A stretch of 64,000 nucleotides of DNA from Paraspadella gotoi (Eukaryota > Animalia > Chaetognatha). The notes under the pieces were generated by a model. The model was not told where the DNA came from. It did no database searches and was given only the letters and a program-made list of their open reading frames with translations. Shown here piece after piece: positions 13,046 through 27,067 of this stretch. A program made the position numbers and the translations under genes. The stretch is taken from assembly GCA_051294375.1 (NCBI GenBank), contig CM119265.1:17922484-17986483 (forward strand). The letters run 5' to 3'. How positions within the stretch are numbered: position 1 is the stretch's first letter; every line of letters starts with the position of its first letter.

Positions 13046-15556
13046 CTCTTTTCATTTCCGCGCGAACAATTAACCCTTTGAAGTTTTCGAGCGAAGAAAA
13101 GAGATACTTTCGCCGAAAAAACACTGAGAAATCCGTAGGCGATACGAGCTCTGCGCTTTTTTTTTTTGGGGGGGGGTTGGAGAGGAGGTGGGTGTTATCT
13201 CAGAGGAAAAAGAGCCATTTTGTAGCGGGGGAAAGAGTAAGTCGTTAAATAATATTTATTTAGTAAATAATGACCTCGTCTCGTGTAATGTAATTTTTCG
13301 ATAGTAGACATATGAGACGACTTGTAACAAAAGATTTTTAGGTAATGCTAATACTAAAATTTTAAATTTTAGACCTTTTTTTAAAAAAATGTTTCTTCGT
13401 TTCTAAACGTTAATTAACAAAAGATCAATTTTTATTTTCAAGAATTACAAGACGTAGGAAAAATATGGTCAAATTCACGAAATACTTTGCTTTCTTCGCT
13501 TGCGGATGAATTTGTAAAACAAAGTAGGTTTTTGTCATTCTTGGTTTTTAAATTTATTTATTTTTTGAATATTTGAAAAATGGTTATTTAAATTTTCGGC
13601 GGAGGCGGAAACCCGGGCAAAAAAAAAAATCGTTTTTTTCTATGCGGGAAACAAGGATGGAATATTACCCGCGAAAATCGATTTGTAAAAAAAAAATAAG
13701 AAAAAGAAAAATCGATGAGTTCTTTCAAAAGAAACGATAACAAGTCTTCTGCCTGAGCAGTTGGTATTGACTTATTTAATGCCGATTCGTTCTGTCATTG
13801 AGTCATTATCTGCTTTATTATTTCTCCTTTTCTCTCTTCCCATTTCTTTTGTAAACACCATAACGTAAACACGTTATCAACTCGGAGATATTAATTACAA
13901 AGGAACTCTCGCTAATTTCCCGTCCCTTTGGGCAGAAAACGAACCCACGTGAAATCCGAAACTGGTGGGAATCGGTAGTCCAGGTTTAGAGCCGGAAATT
14001 ATCGGCGAATCGTCGTCCGAGATCTAAAGAGGGGAAGATTGCCGATTCGGCCACCGGCACCTCTGAGGGGATGATTGATCGTCTGCCGGGAAGATGAGCT
14101 CAATTTGGCTAATGCGACGCTTAAATCGACGTACAGGTATTTTCTTTATTCTTTATGTCTTGAACCATTGTATTTGAACCTTTCTTTTGCCTTGTGTTTA
14201 TAATTAATTGAAGTTAATTTTTTTCAACAACGTTGTTTTCGCTGATGAAGTCTCGCAAAAAGAACCGAAACATGCTCCGTTTTTTATGCTAAAATATTGA
14301 CGAAAATTGTTTTTTGATGCAACAACGATTTAAAAAAAAAATTTTAATATATTTTTATTATAATACAGACATGATTAGACTCTAATGCCGAGTCTTCATC
14401 AGCGCGATAATACCGAACTATGCTAAAATACCAATGCTATGCTACTATGCTAAAGTACCAATTTCATAAAAACTTTTCCGTCGCGGTAATTATCAATTCA
14501 AAACTTTTCCTAAATTACTATAATCTAGAAATTTAAATCTTTATTTGACATTGTCTAACTGCATTTAAAATGTTCCCGTCGGCGACGACTTTCTCCGGAT
14601 TTACCGTTTTGTTTCTATTCACAACCGACAAAGGAGAATCCTCCGAGGGATGCTCTTTTTTTTTTTATCATTTTCGGAAAATTGTCTTGAGATTCATAGA
14701 AAATAAAAATAAAAATCCAATCGAAATTTTTTAGGAAAAATATCGAATTTTTTTCGTTCCCGTTTGAGAATACGAAACGAGGAAAGGTTCGTTCCTCGAT
14801 TTAAATTTAATTTCTTTTAAATTTTTCTTTTTAGTTCTTTCGCTTTGGTTTAATTTTAATACTTTTTTCTTTTTTTTTTTAAATTTTACTTTGTGAGAGT
14901 ATTTATTTACGAAGTTACGGAGGCTCTTCGATAGAAATTAATAGTAACCACTACCTTTGTAAATAGTAAATTTTTTTTTAGCCAAAGATAACCTTTTTTA
15001 GACATCTAGCTTTAAAAATAAAAAGAAGTCGGTCAAAGAAAAAGTTTTTAAAAGGATTCCGAACTCATCAGCAGGAACATCAAAGAAACTCACCATCGCT
15101 TTCATCGCCTCCTCCTCTTCCTCCTCCTCCTCCTCCTCCACCTCTCCCTCTTCTCGCCCGGACCCCGTCCCATCTTCATTTACCCCTTGCTCCATATTCA
15201 CCCGCTCCTCCTTCTCTTCCTCCTCTTCCTCATCCTCAAACAACAACATTCATCCCCTTCGTCTCGACCACCCAGTTGCGATATTAATTTTTTTTTTGGC
15301 GAGGCTTAAAAAAAAGAAGAAAGGAATATAAATTTTTTAAGTAAATAAACTTAATCTTTTTCTTTCTTTCGAAGAAACGCTCTCTCCTTACTCACTACAC
15401 TCTCTTTCTGTTTACTATTTTTTGGTCTCTCTCTCTCTTTCTTTCTTTCTTTCTTCTTTCTTTCTTTTCTTTCTTTCTTTCTTTCTTTCTTCTTTCTTTC
15501 TTTCTTTCTTCTTTCTTTCTTTCTTTCTTTTTCTCTCTCTCTCTCTCTCTCTCTAC

Positions 15557-15636
<80 letters not shown>

Positions 15637-18600
15637 TTCACCCGAGGGAAAAAGGTTCCCCTTGTATTTAATCTCAAGAGCTACAGGTAGGTCGGGTTAT
15701 ATCAAATCAAATCCACCCCCCCCTTTCCATTTTTTTCGCGCCCCTTAAGCCCCGTCGATTCGGAGTAAATAAGTCGCTGAGGAATTGCTGCGCAGCGGCA
15801 GTAGCCCAGCGTATCTCACGCAGCTCACCACAGCACAGGATGAATAAGCGGTGCCTCCTGCGAGACGGCGTTACGTAGATGGCGTTCGGTGAGCGTCGAT
15901 GATTGAATGCGCTGCGTTAAAAAAAACCAAAAAAACTATATCGTACACACATTGGTACATCCACTTAACTTCTCTTAATCGGAACATTAAACAGAAACAT
16001 TAACACATTACCTAAATGCGAAGTGGCTAACGTGCATATTCACTAATTCAGAATAGACACCTGGTCCCTTTCTTTCTTTCAGTTTTTTTTCAATCGCGTG
16101 AATTTCGTTATTCGAAGTTAGTTACGCATTATTTTTTTTAAAGGTAAAGACCAATTAATTACTCAGCCAATAAACAGCGATGAATCTCTTTACAAAACTC
16201 TTAAGTCACATCTCGCGTCACGATAGCAATAGTAAGTTCAAAATGTTATACATCATAATTTCAAACCTCGCCGTTTTTATTTTTGCTGAAACATTGTCCG
16301 CCCGACGCGTCCGAACTTAAACCAAATAGAAACGGGGATGACAAGCGCGGAATTCGGAAACTCGGGATAATAAAAACAAAACAAAGAAAAAAACGCTCTC
16401 AAAGAAAACACACAATGAGATCTGCCGTATTGGATCCGAGGTGTTCTGTGCCGATAATAAAGGGGCAGGGCCAACCTAATAGGGGGGGGAAGTTTTAGGG
16501 GGGTGACTGGGTGGAGTAGTGTGGGGGGGGCGGTGTTATAGAGAGGAGATGACGATAATTCCTGCGACGGATGAACCCTAGGTTGTTGATTATCACTAAT
16601 GTGTGGTAGAGCAGATTGGTTCGTCCGGTCGTTTAGTTCCACGTCGAACGCCAGATTGGCGGCGTCCCTAACTTGATTTCTCAACGACGCGTGAAAAAAA
16701 TTGAAAGGGGGACCTCACCATCACCTCCATCCCTTCATTTTTCGAGGTTGGAATTCCCTGTCCGAAACAACAAAACGACATTTTGGAATGTTTATTTTAT
16801 TTTTTAAAAGGTTTTTCTTTGAAGCTTACAACGATGACGAATTTTTAAAATCAAGAATTGAAAATAGTTATTAGTATGCTTCGTTCAGCAGAATGAAAAA
16901 AAAAATATTCCGTAATCTTAGATTCAGTAGGGCCAATCGTTGAATCATCGAAAGACGTTTTAAACCGAATGTCACTGATAAGCATTAAATTCACGCGGAG
17001 CTCAGGATAAAGTTTTTTTTCCGCTTTTCCGACAAATTCTGAATATCGCGCAAAGGTAAAATAGTATCAAAGATCGTTCGCTTTATTTCTCGAACACGGA
17101 TGTTTTGAGATTCAGGACCTTCAATAAATGAGGGTTCACCGTCCTACGGTCCCTCTTTCGATCCGGTCAGTCGGGAGATTGACGTTCCGCCTCGGCGGTC
17201 GCACGTCGCTGATTTTACCGTCATCTCTGAAGGCGAGTCGCCCCCAATTTTCTCCCGCATTAAACAACAAGAGTTTATGCCTTTCGTTCCTCGAACGAGT
17301 GAAGGAACAGGGGGGGGGCGTGTTTGGTGGACACGCGAAGGGAGTGAGAGATGGTCGGCGAATGTTGAGCGGAAGTAGTTTGTGAGTAGGATAAAAGATA
17401 AGTTATAATTTGTTATAACTGTGATAACACGGTGGTATAGAAAATATTATAGTAGGACAACGGGGGGACAGTGTGATGCCTGGGTGGTACTCGCGTTCAC
17501 CCAAGCCTATACGCGAGGCCCAAATTTAGGAATTGCGTCACCAATAGTAATATTAAAATTGATAGACGCGCGGAACCTTAGCTTGGCGATCACGTAGGCG
17601 TGAATCTCTCCAGTAAAAACAACGTTTTCCTGCCGGTGGCTCGTGAATTCTTGAACCTCGGCCCGTGAATGGGGTCCACGACCGGTCGCTCGCCCCTCCT
17701 CGATCCTTGGCGCGGCGGTTTGTCGGTGAACCTTCGGCGCTCCGCGTCGTGGCGACTCGACCGCAGGACGTATGAGGCGGTTAATGCGCGCGCCGCCGGC
17801 GCTGAATAGGCCGCGTCAGAGGAACATGGAAAGACATGGAAGACATGGTAGGGAGATGCACCTCGATGAGCAATGTGATGTCCGGGTACAAACTCGGAGT
17901 ATGCACAAGGAGCATTGCCATTCTTTTGCGGCGACAGAAGAGTCGAAAAATCTTTTTTAAAAATAGCGACTTTGAAAAGTTAGGCCGAAAACGGATTTCG
18001 ACCCGGCACAATTCCCCGCGGCGTGTTCGATCGTGAACAACCTGCCGGTGATTTCGCGTTAAACAAGAAGAAAGAGGCGTGACTTCTTCCCCGAAATTGT
18101 TCACCTCCCGAAAATAATCCCCGCGTCATTCCGCCTCTCATTGATGGATGATGACGGGGAGGTCGCGGGATCCAAACCCGACATAGAGAGATCAAAAGAA
18201 AATGTCGGTTTTGTTCGCGACCAGAAGAGCGAATCACCGGCGGAGATCGAGTGCGAGGGGGAAATCTATGAGATTGGGAGGACGATCGTGAATACCATCC
18301 TCTTATCTATTGAGGCGAGAAGCTCTTTGAAGTCGCCACTAAAACCACACCGTTCCTTTTGGTTCAATACCCGGTATTTTTTGGACGCTTCTTTCCAATC
18401 GCCAACTCTTTTCTTTAAAATATTTTAAAATTCATTATACAACGGTATCATTCTAATTCTTAATTACCATATATAAAAAATCACTTTTCAACGTTCTTCG
18501 TGTATGTTGAGAAGTAAAATTATTAGATTTAATCCAGTTTTTTTATTTCCTCTTTCTTTCTATTTCTTCTTTTTCCGATATTTTCTTTTCTTTTCTTTAC

Positions 18601-19024
18601 TTTTGACTTTACTCTTCAAATCTAGATAGTTGCAGCTGTTTTTAAGAATCCGAGAAAGATAACGAAAAGAAGAAATAACACCAATGAGATTTAAAAAAAA
18701 AAAAAAACAAAAAAAAAAATAACAATCAACCAAAAAAAGCCGCGCGACGGGATTCGTTAACATCTTTCTCCTTCGTCATCATCGTCATCATCCTTCCGTC
18801 CTTGTTGTCAGTCAACAACTCTAATACGACAGGCCTTCGTAATCGCGCGTCTCTTTACATTCATACGTCTGACGCCATAACTCTCTCGCGTTGTTGATCA
18901 CTCATCTTCGAAAACAGAATATTATATCGCGTGTATCATCGCCGCGTCGTTATTAGATCATCGTCGTTCGTCGGCACTTAAGTCATCGTCGACATCGTCT
19001 GAAGTCGTTCTCGTTCTCGATTGT

Positions 19025-19062
<38 letters not shown>

Positions 19063-19446
19063 CGACGTGAAAACTTTGCCGCAGAAATGGTTGAAGGGTC
19101 ATCCGTTTGGAGGCCGAGTGATGAAATCGCAGGTTCGTAAAAAAACTCATTTTGCCCCTTTGGGCAAAACTACTTTTTAGATGCGTCGAAGCATCTCTCT
19201 TGTAAAAAAAAATGAGTCGGCTGTTCGTCGAATATTCTCTTTTGGGTACAATCAAACCTACTTTTTTAAATACGTCAGGAAATTAGCCTTCACGATGATA
19301 TCCCACGCGTGATGTCGTAAATCAATTTATTTCGTTTCGTGTCTCCGGAAAAGAACGTTATCACTCGGATGACTTGACACAGTCCGTAGTGCCCATCGCC
19401 AATCTTTTTTAAGTGAGAGTTTTAATGAGGCAGGCCAACTTATCTC
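11606..19446 (+). repeat. Copy 2 of the tandem triplication
   Basis: Same start and end as copy 1. ORFs 18141, 18560 and 18983 are identical to 10300, 10719 and 11142 at a constant offset of 7841; contains a 25-N gap at 11703-11727. Confidence 0.95.
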
Positions 19447-19447
19447 A

Positions 19448-20152
19448 GAAATTTCCTAATAAACTTTAATTCCTTCGCTTTTCCCAAGGAACACGAACGA
19501 CGATCACGTGATAAGAAACGAGATCGCGCGATCGCGAACAAGATCACGGAATTGGTCACGTGATCAGGAACGGGAACCGCGGGGATTGGCTCGAACACGC
19601 GCTAGATCAGTGAAACAGGAATCTTATATCAAAACTTGATCACATGATCGCAAATGATAACGAGAAGGTTATTTTATTGCGATGAAGATCGTCGGATAGA
19701 CGTCGATTGTCGGAATGTCCTTGCGGGAAAAAAGAGCGTTCAAAATTCAAAGTTTATTTTTCGAGTTTTTATGGGAAGAAATAGATTCAATTTCAAAATA
19801 AAATAATGTTTATTGGTTTTTTTTTTCCATAAGTGTAAATCATGCATTTTCCCTTTTTTTCATTAAAATTTTACAAGAATTGAAATAATATCAAACAAGA
19901 TATAACAGGATCAACTCTCGATACGAAGCGAGGTCACGTGATTCTGACTCGGCTCGCGTTGAATAACGTCTGCCAAGAAAGAATTTCGACGTGAAGAGTC
20001 TGCGAGTGAGAGTGAAATTTCGTGGCCCGTGAGACATTTGATGGAGATAAGCTGCGTGAGACATTTGGTGAGAATATACTTGAAGACGTTTGATGGGAAG
20101 TGACTGCGAGTGAAAAGTTTGACGTGGACGGTGAGAAACGTTGATAATGAGT

Positions 20153-20216
<64 letters not shown>

Positions 20217-20373
20217 AAAAATATCATTTTACTTTTTATTTTCGTTTGGACCGATCTTTACTGTATCGGAACTCGACTATGAGTCGATGAAAAGAGAAAA
20301 GATGGAGAACAAATCGTCGGTGAATGAAGATCGAGAGAGAGAGAGAAAGAGAGAAAGAAGAGAGAGAACAGAG

Positions 20374-20452
<79 letters not shown>

Positions 20453-22816
20453 CTCTTTTCATTTCCGCGCGAACAATTAACCCTTTGAAGTTTTTCGAGC
20501 GAAGAAAAGAGATACTTTCGCCGAAAAACACTGAGAATCCGTAGGCGATACGAGCTCTGCGCTTTTTTTTTTTGGGGGGGGGTTGGAGAGGAGGTGGGTG
20601 TTATCTCAGAGGAAAAGAGCCATTTTGTAGCGGGGGAAAGAGTAAGTCGTTAAAAATATATACTAAATAATGACCTCGTCTCGTGTAATGTAATTTTTCG
20701 ATAGTAGACATATGAGACGACTTGTAACAAAAGATTTTTAGGTAATGCTAATACTAAAATTTTAAATTTTAGACTTTTTTTAAAAAAATGTTTCTTCGTT
20801 TCTAAACGTTAAATTAACAAAAGATCAATTTTTATTTTCAAGAATTACAAGACGTAGGAAAAATATGGTCAAATCACGAAATACTTTGCTTTCTTCGCTT
20901 GCGGATGAAATTTGTAAAACAAAGTAGGTTTTTGTCATTCTTGGTTTTTAAATTTATTTATTTTTTTGAATATTTGAAAAATGGTTATTTAAATTTTCGG
21001 CGGAGGCGGAAACCCGGGCAAAAAAAAAATCGTTTTTTTCTATGCGGGAAACAAGGATGAATATTACCCGCGAAAATCGATTTGTAAAAAAAAAATAAGA
21101 AAAAGAAAAATCGATGAGTTCTTTCAAAAGAAAACGATAACAAGTCTCTGCCTGAGCATTGGGTATTGACTTATTTAATGCCGATTCGTTCTGTCATTGA
21201 GTCATTATTTGCTTTATTATTTCTCCTTTTCTCTCTTCCCATTTCTTTTGTAAACACCATAACGTAAACACGTTATCAACTCGGAGATATTAATTACAAA
21301 GGAACTCTCGCTAATTTCCCGTCCCTTTGGGCAGAAAACGAACCCACGTGAAATCCGAAACTGGGTGGGAATCGGTAGTCCAGGTTTAGAGCCGGAAATT
21401 ATCGGCGAAGTCGTCGTCCGAGATCTAAAGAGGGGAAGATTGCCGATTCGGCCACCGGCACCTCTGAGGGGATGATTGATCGTCTGCCGGGAAGATGAGC
21501 TCAATTTGGCTAATGCGACGCTTAAATCGACGTACAGGTATTTTCTTTATTCTTTATGTCTTGAACCATTGTATTTGAACCTTTCTTTTGCCTTGTGTTT
21601 ATAATTAATTGAAGTTAATTTTATTTTCAACAACGTTGTTTTCGCTGATGAAGTCTCGCAAAAAGAACCGAAACATGTCCGTTTTTTATGCTAAAATATT
21701 TGACGAAAATTGTTTTTTGATGCAACAACGATTTAAAAAAAAAATTTTAATATATTTTTATTATAATACAGACATGATTAGACTCTTATGCGAGTCTTCA
21801 TCAGCGCGATAATACCGAACTATGCTAAAATACCAATGCTATGCTACTATGCTAAAGTACCAATTTCATAAAAACTTTTCCGTCGCGGTAATTACAATTC
21901 AAAACTTTTCCTAAATTACTATAATCTAGAAATTTAAATCTTTATTTGACATTGTCTAACTGCATTTAAAATGTTCCCGTCGGCGACGACTTTCTCCGGT
22001 TTTACCGTTTTGTTTCTATTCACAACCGACAAAGGAGAATCCTCCGAGGGATGCTCTTTTTTTTTTTATCATTTTCGGAAATTGTCTTGAGATTCATGAA
22101 AATAAAAATAAAAATCCAATCGAAATTTTTTAGGAAAAATATCGAATTTTTTTCGTTCCCGTTGAGAATACGAAACGAGGAAAGGTTCGTTCCTCGATTT
22201 AAATTTAATTTCTTTTAAATTTTTCTTTTTAGTTCTTTCGCTTTGGTTTAATTTTTAATACTTTTTTCTTTTTTTTTTTAAATTTTACTTTTGGAGATTT
22301 ATTTTACGAAGTTACGGAGGCTCTTCGATAGAAAATTAATAGTAACCACTACCTTTGTAAATAGTAAATTTTTTTTTAGCCAAAGATAACCTTTTTAGAC
22401 ATCTAGCTTTAAAAAATAAAAGAAGTCGGGTCAAGAAAAAGTTTTAAAAGGATTCCGAACTCATCAGCAGGAACATCAAAGAAACTCACCATCGCTTTCA
22501 TCGCCTCCTCCTCTTCCTCCTCCTCCTCCTCCTCCACCTCTCCCTCTTCTCGCCCGACCCCGTCCCATCTTCATTTACCCCTTGCTCATATTCACCGCTC
22601 CTCCTTCTCTTCCTCCTCTTCCTCATCCTCAAACAACAACATTCATCCCCTTCGTCTCGCCACCCAGTTGGATATTAATTTTTTTTTTGGCGAGGCTTAA
22701 AAAAAAAGAAGAAAGGAATATAAATTTTTTAAGTAAATAAACTTAATCTTTTTCTTTCTTTCGAAGAAACGCTCTCTCCTTACTCACTACACCTCTTTCT
22801 TTTACTATTTTTTTGG

Positions 22817-22858
<42 letters not shown>

Positions 22859-22864
22859 TTTTTT

Positions 22865-22908
<44 letters not shown>

Positions 22909-22941
22909 TTCTTTTCTTTTTTTCTTCTCTCTCTCTCTCTC

Positions 22942-23029
<88 letters not shown>

Positions 23030-25978
23030 TTCACCCGAGGGGAAAAAGGTTCCCCTTGTATTTAATCTCAAGAGCTACAGGTGGTCGGGTTATATCAAAT
23101 CAAATCCACCCCCCCCTTTCCATTTTTTTCGCGCCCCTTAAGCCCCGTCGATTCGGAGTAAATAAGTCGCTGAGGAATTGCTGCGCAGCGGCAGTAGCCC
23201 AGCGTATCTCACCGCAGCTCACCACAGCACAGGATGAATAAGCGGTGCCTCCTCGAGACGGCGTTACGTAGATGGCGTTCGGTGAGCGTCGATGATTGAA
23301 TGCGCTGCGTTAAAAAAAACCAAAAAAACTATATCGTACACACATTGGTACATCCACTTAACTTCTCTTAATCGGAACATTAAACAGAAACATTAACACA
23401 TTACCTAAATGCGAAGTGGCTAACGTGCATATTCACTAATTCAGAATAGACACCTGGTCCCTTTCTTTCTTTCAGTTTTTTTTTCAATCGCGTGGAATTT
23501 CGTTATTCGAAGTTAGTTACGCATTATTTTTTTTAAAGGTAAGACAATTAATTACTCAGCAATAAAGCGATGAATCTCTTTACAAACTCTTAGTCACATC
23601 TGGTACGATAGCAATATGTAAGTTCAAATGTTATACATCATAATTTCAAACCTCGCGTTTTTATTTTTGGCTGAAACATTGTCTCGCCCGACGGTCCGAA
23701 CTAAAACCAATAAAACGGATGACAAGCGCGGAATTCGGAAAACTCGGGATAATAAAAACAAAACAAGAAAAAAACGCTCTCAAAGAAAACACACAATGAG
23801 ATCTGCCGTAATTGGATCCGAGGTGTTCGGCGTAATAAAGGGGCAGGCCAACTAAATAGGGGGGGGAGTTTTAGGGGGGGGGGACGGTATTGGGGGGGGG
23901 GCGTTAAGAGGAGGAGAGACGAAATTCCTGCGACGATGGAATCCCAGGTTTTGAATCACTAATTGGATGGAGAGAGTTTCTCCGGTTTTAGTTCCACTCG
24001 AACGCAGATGTGGGGCGTCCCTAACTGATTTCTCAACGACGGTGAAAAAAAATTGAAAGGGGACCTCACCAGTCACCTCCCATCCCTTCATTTTTCGAGG
24101 TTAATTCCCTGTCCAAACAACAAAACGACATTTTTGGGCATTTTATTTTATTTTTTAAAAGTTTTTTTTGAAGCTTACAACGATGACGATTTTTAAAATC
24201 AAGAATGAAAATAGTTAATTATATGCTCGTTCAGAAATGAAAAAAAAATATTCACGTTAATCTTAGAATTCAGGTAGGGCCAATCGTAATCATCGAAAAC
24301 GGTTTTAAAACCAATGTCACTATAACATTAAATTCACCGGGAGCTCAAATAAATTTTTTTCCGCTTTTCCGAACAAATTCTGAATATCGCGCAAAGTCAA
24401 AATATATCAAAGATCGTTCGCTTTATTTCTCGAACACGATGTTTTGAATTCAGACCTTCAATAAATTGAGGGTTCACCGTCCCTACGTCCCTCTTTCGAT
24501 CCGTCAGTCGGGAAGATTGACGTTCCGCCTGCGGTCGACGTCGCTGATTTTACCGTCATCTCTAACGAGTCGCCCCCCAATTTTCTCCGCATTAACAACA
24601 AAGAGTTTATGCTTTCGTCCTCGAACGAGTGAAGGGAACAGGGGGGGGGGTGTTTGTGAACGAAGGGAGTGAGAGATGGTCGGGAATGTTGAGCGGAAGT
24701 ATTTGTGAGTAGGATAAAAGAACTAACTTATAATTTGTTCATAAACTGTGATAACAGGTGGTATAAAAATATTATAGTAAGGCAACGGGGGGACATGTGT
24801 GATGCCTGGGGTGGTACTCGTTCACCAAGCTATACGCGAGGCAAATTTAGGATTCGTCACAATAGTAATATTAAAATTATAGACGCGCGGGAACCTTAGC
24901 TTGCGATCACGTAGGGCGTGAATCTCTCAGTAAAAAACAACTTTTCCTCGGTGGTCGTGAATTCTTGAACCTCGGCCCGTGAATGGGTCACGACCGTCGC
25001 TCGCCCCTCCTCGATCCTTCGCGCGGTTGTCGGTGAACCTTCGCCCTCTCGATCGTCGACCCCGAGACGACGAGGCGGTTAATGGCGGCGCCGCGGCGCC
25101 GAAGTAGCGGTCAGAGAACATGGAAAACATGGAAGACATGGTAGGGAGATGACCTCGATGAGAATGTTGAATCTCGGTACAAACTCTGATATCATAAAGC
25201 ATTGATTCTTTTCGGCGACAAGAGTCGAAAATCTTTTTTAAAAATAGACTTTTGGAAAAGTAGGCCGAAAACGGATTTCGACCCGGCACAATCGCCCGCC
25301 TGTCATCGTGAACAACCTCTCGTGATTTTCGTAAACAAGAAAGAAAGAGGGCGTGACTTCTTCCCCGAAATTGTTCACTCGAAAATAATCCCCGCGTCAT
25401 TCCGCCTCTCATTGATGGATGATGACGGGGAGGTCGCGGGATCCAAACCCGACATAGGAGATCAAAAAGAAAATGTCGGTTTTGTTCGCGACCAGAAGAG
25501 CGAATCCACCGGACGGAGATCCGAGTGCGAAGGGGGAAATCCTATGAGATTGGGAGAGACGATCGTGAAATACCGATCCTCTTATCTATTGAGCGAGAAG
25601 CTCTTTGAAGTCGCCACTAAAAACACCGTTCCTTTTGGTTCAATCACCCGGTATTTCTTTGGACGACTTCTTTCCAATCGCCCAACTCTTTTCTTTAAAA
25701 TATTTTAAAATTCATTTAATACAACGGGTATCATTCTAATTCTTAATTTCCATATATTAAAAATCACCTTTTTCAAACGTTCTTCGCTGTATGTTAGAAG
25801 TACAAATTTAATTAGATTTAATCAGTTTTTTATTTCCTTCTTTCTTTTCTATTTCTTTCCTTTTTCTCGATATTTTCTTTTCTTTTCTTTACTTTTGACT
25901 TTACTCTTCAAATCTAATAGTTGCAGCTTGTTTTTAAGAATCGAGAAAGATAACGAAAAGAAGAATAACACAATTTGA

Positions 25979-26021
<43 letters not shown>

Positions 26022-26329
26022 ACAATAACAAACAAAAAGCCCGCGCGACGGGATTCGTTAACATCTTTCTCCTTCGTCATCATCGTCATCATCCTTCGTC
26101 GTTGTTGTCAGTCAAAACCTCTAATACCGACAGGCCTTCGTCATCGCGCGTCTCTTTATCATTCATCGTCTGACGCCATAACTCTCTCGCGTTGTTGATC
26201 ACATCATCTTCGAAAACAAGAATATTATTATCGCGTGTATCATCGCCGCGTCTTTATTAGAATCATCGTCGTCGTCGGCATCTTAAGTCATCGTCGACAT
26301 CGTCTGAAGTCGTTCTCGTTCTCGATGTT

Positions 26330-26370
<41 letters not shown>

Positions 26371-26761
26371 CGACGTCGAACTTTGCCGCAGAAATGGTTG
26401 AAGGGTCATCCGTTTGGAGGCCGAGTGATGAAATCCAGGTTCGTAAAAAAACATTTTTGCCCCTTTGGGGCAAAACTACTTTTTTTAGATGCGTCGAAGC
26501 ATCTCTCTTGTAAAAAAAAATGAGTCGGCCTGTTCGTCGAATATTCTATTGGGTACAATCAAACCTACTTTTTAAATCACGTCAGGAAAGTTAGCCTATC
26601 ACCGATGATATCCACGCGTGATGTCGTAAATCAATTTATTTTCGTTTCGTGTCTCCGGAAAAGAACGTTATCACTCGGATGACTTGACCACAGGTCCGTA
26701 GTGCCCGATCGGCCAATCTTTTTTAAGTGAGAGTTTTAATGAGGCAGGCCAAACTTATCTC
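19448..26761 (+). repeat. Copy 3 of the tandem triplication (lacks the first ~400 bp)
   Basis: Begins gaaatttcctaataaac (equivalent to 4142) and ends acttatctc, then continues into unique sequence. Confidence 0.95.
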
Positions 26762-27067
26762 AATCCCCTAATAACCTCACCCAAGATCCGTAGCCAACTT
26801 TCAATTTCCCGGCACCGAGCCTCGTTATCTCCGAAATTCCGCGTTTTACGAATGCCGATCGACCATCTCCGTCAAATAAGGGAACCAAAAAAAAAAAAAA
26901 AAAAGAAAGAAAATCCCCGATAAAAGCGGCCGATACCGCCTTTCCCCAGATTTAGGCGTCCGTCTTCAGGTTTTATTTTTTCTTCTCCTAAACAAAACGG
27001 ACATGACGTTCAGTCGTAAAGCACCGTCTCGGTCGTCGTCTTCTTTGTCGTCGTCGTCGTCACCGCG

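Noticed and set aside
5900-24700. Stop-codon reassignment suggested by recurrent in-frame TGA/TAA in exon-like blocks
   Set aside because: The kinase and Sox genes translate with the standard code and end in normal TGA stops; indel noise is a simpler explanation for the interruptions.
3740-26761. Tandem array as rDNA, histone cluster or LTR element
   Set aside because: No rRNA or histone sequence, no LTR/PBS/PPT structure and no reverse-transcriptase or integrase motifs were recognisable in the unit.
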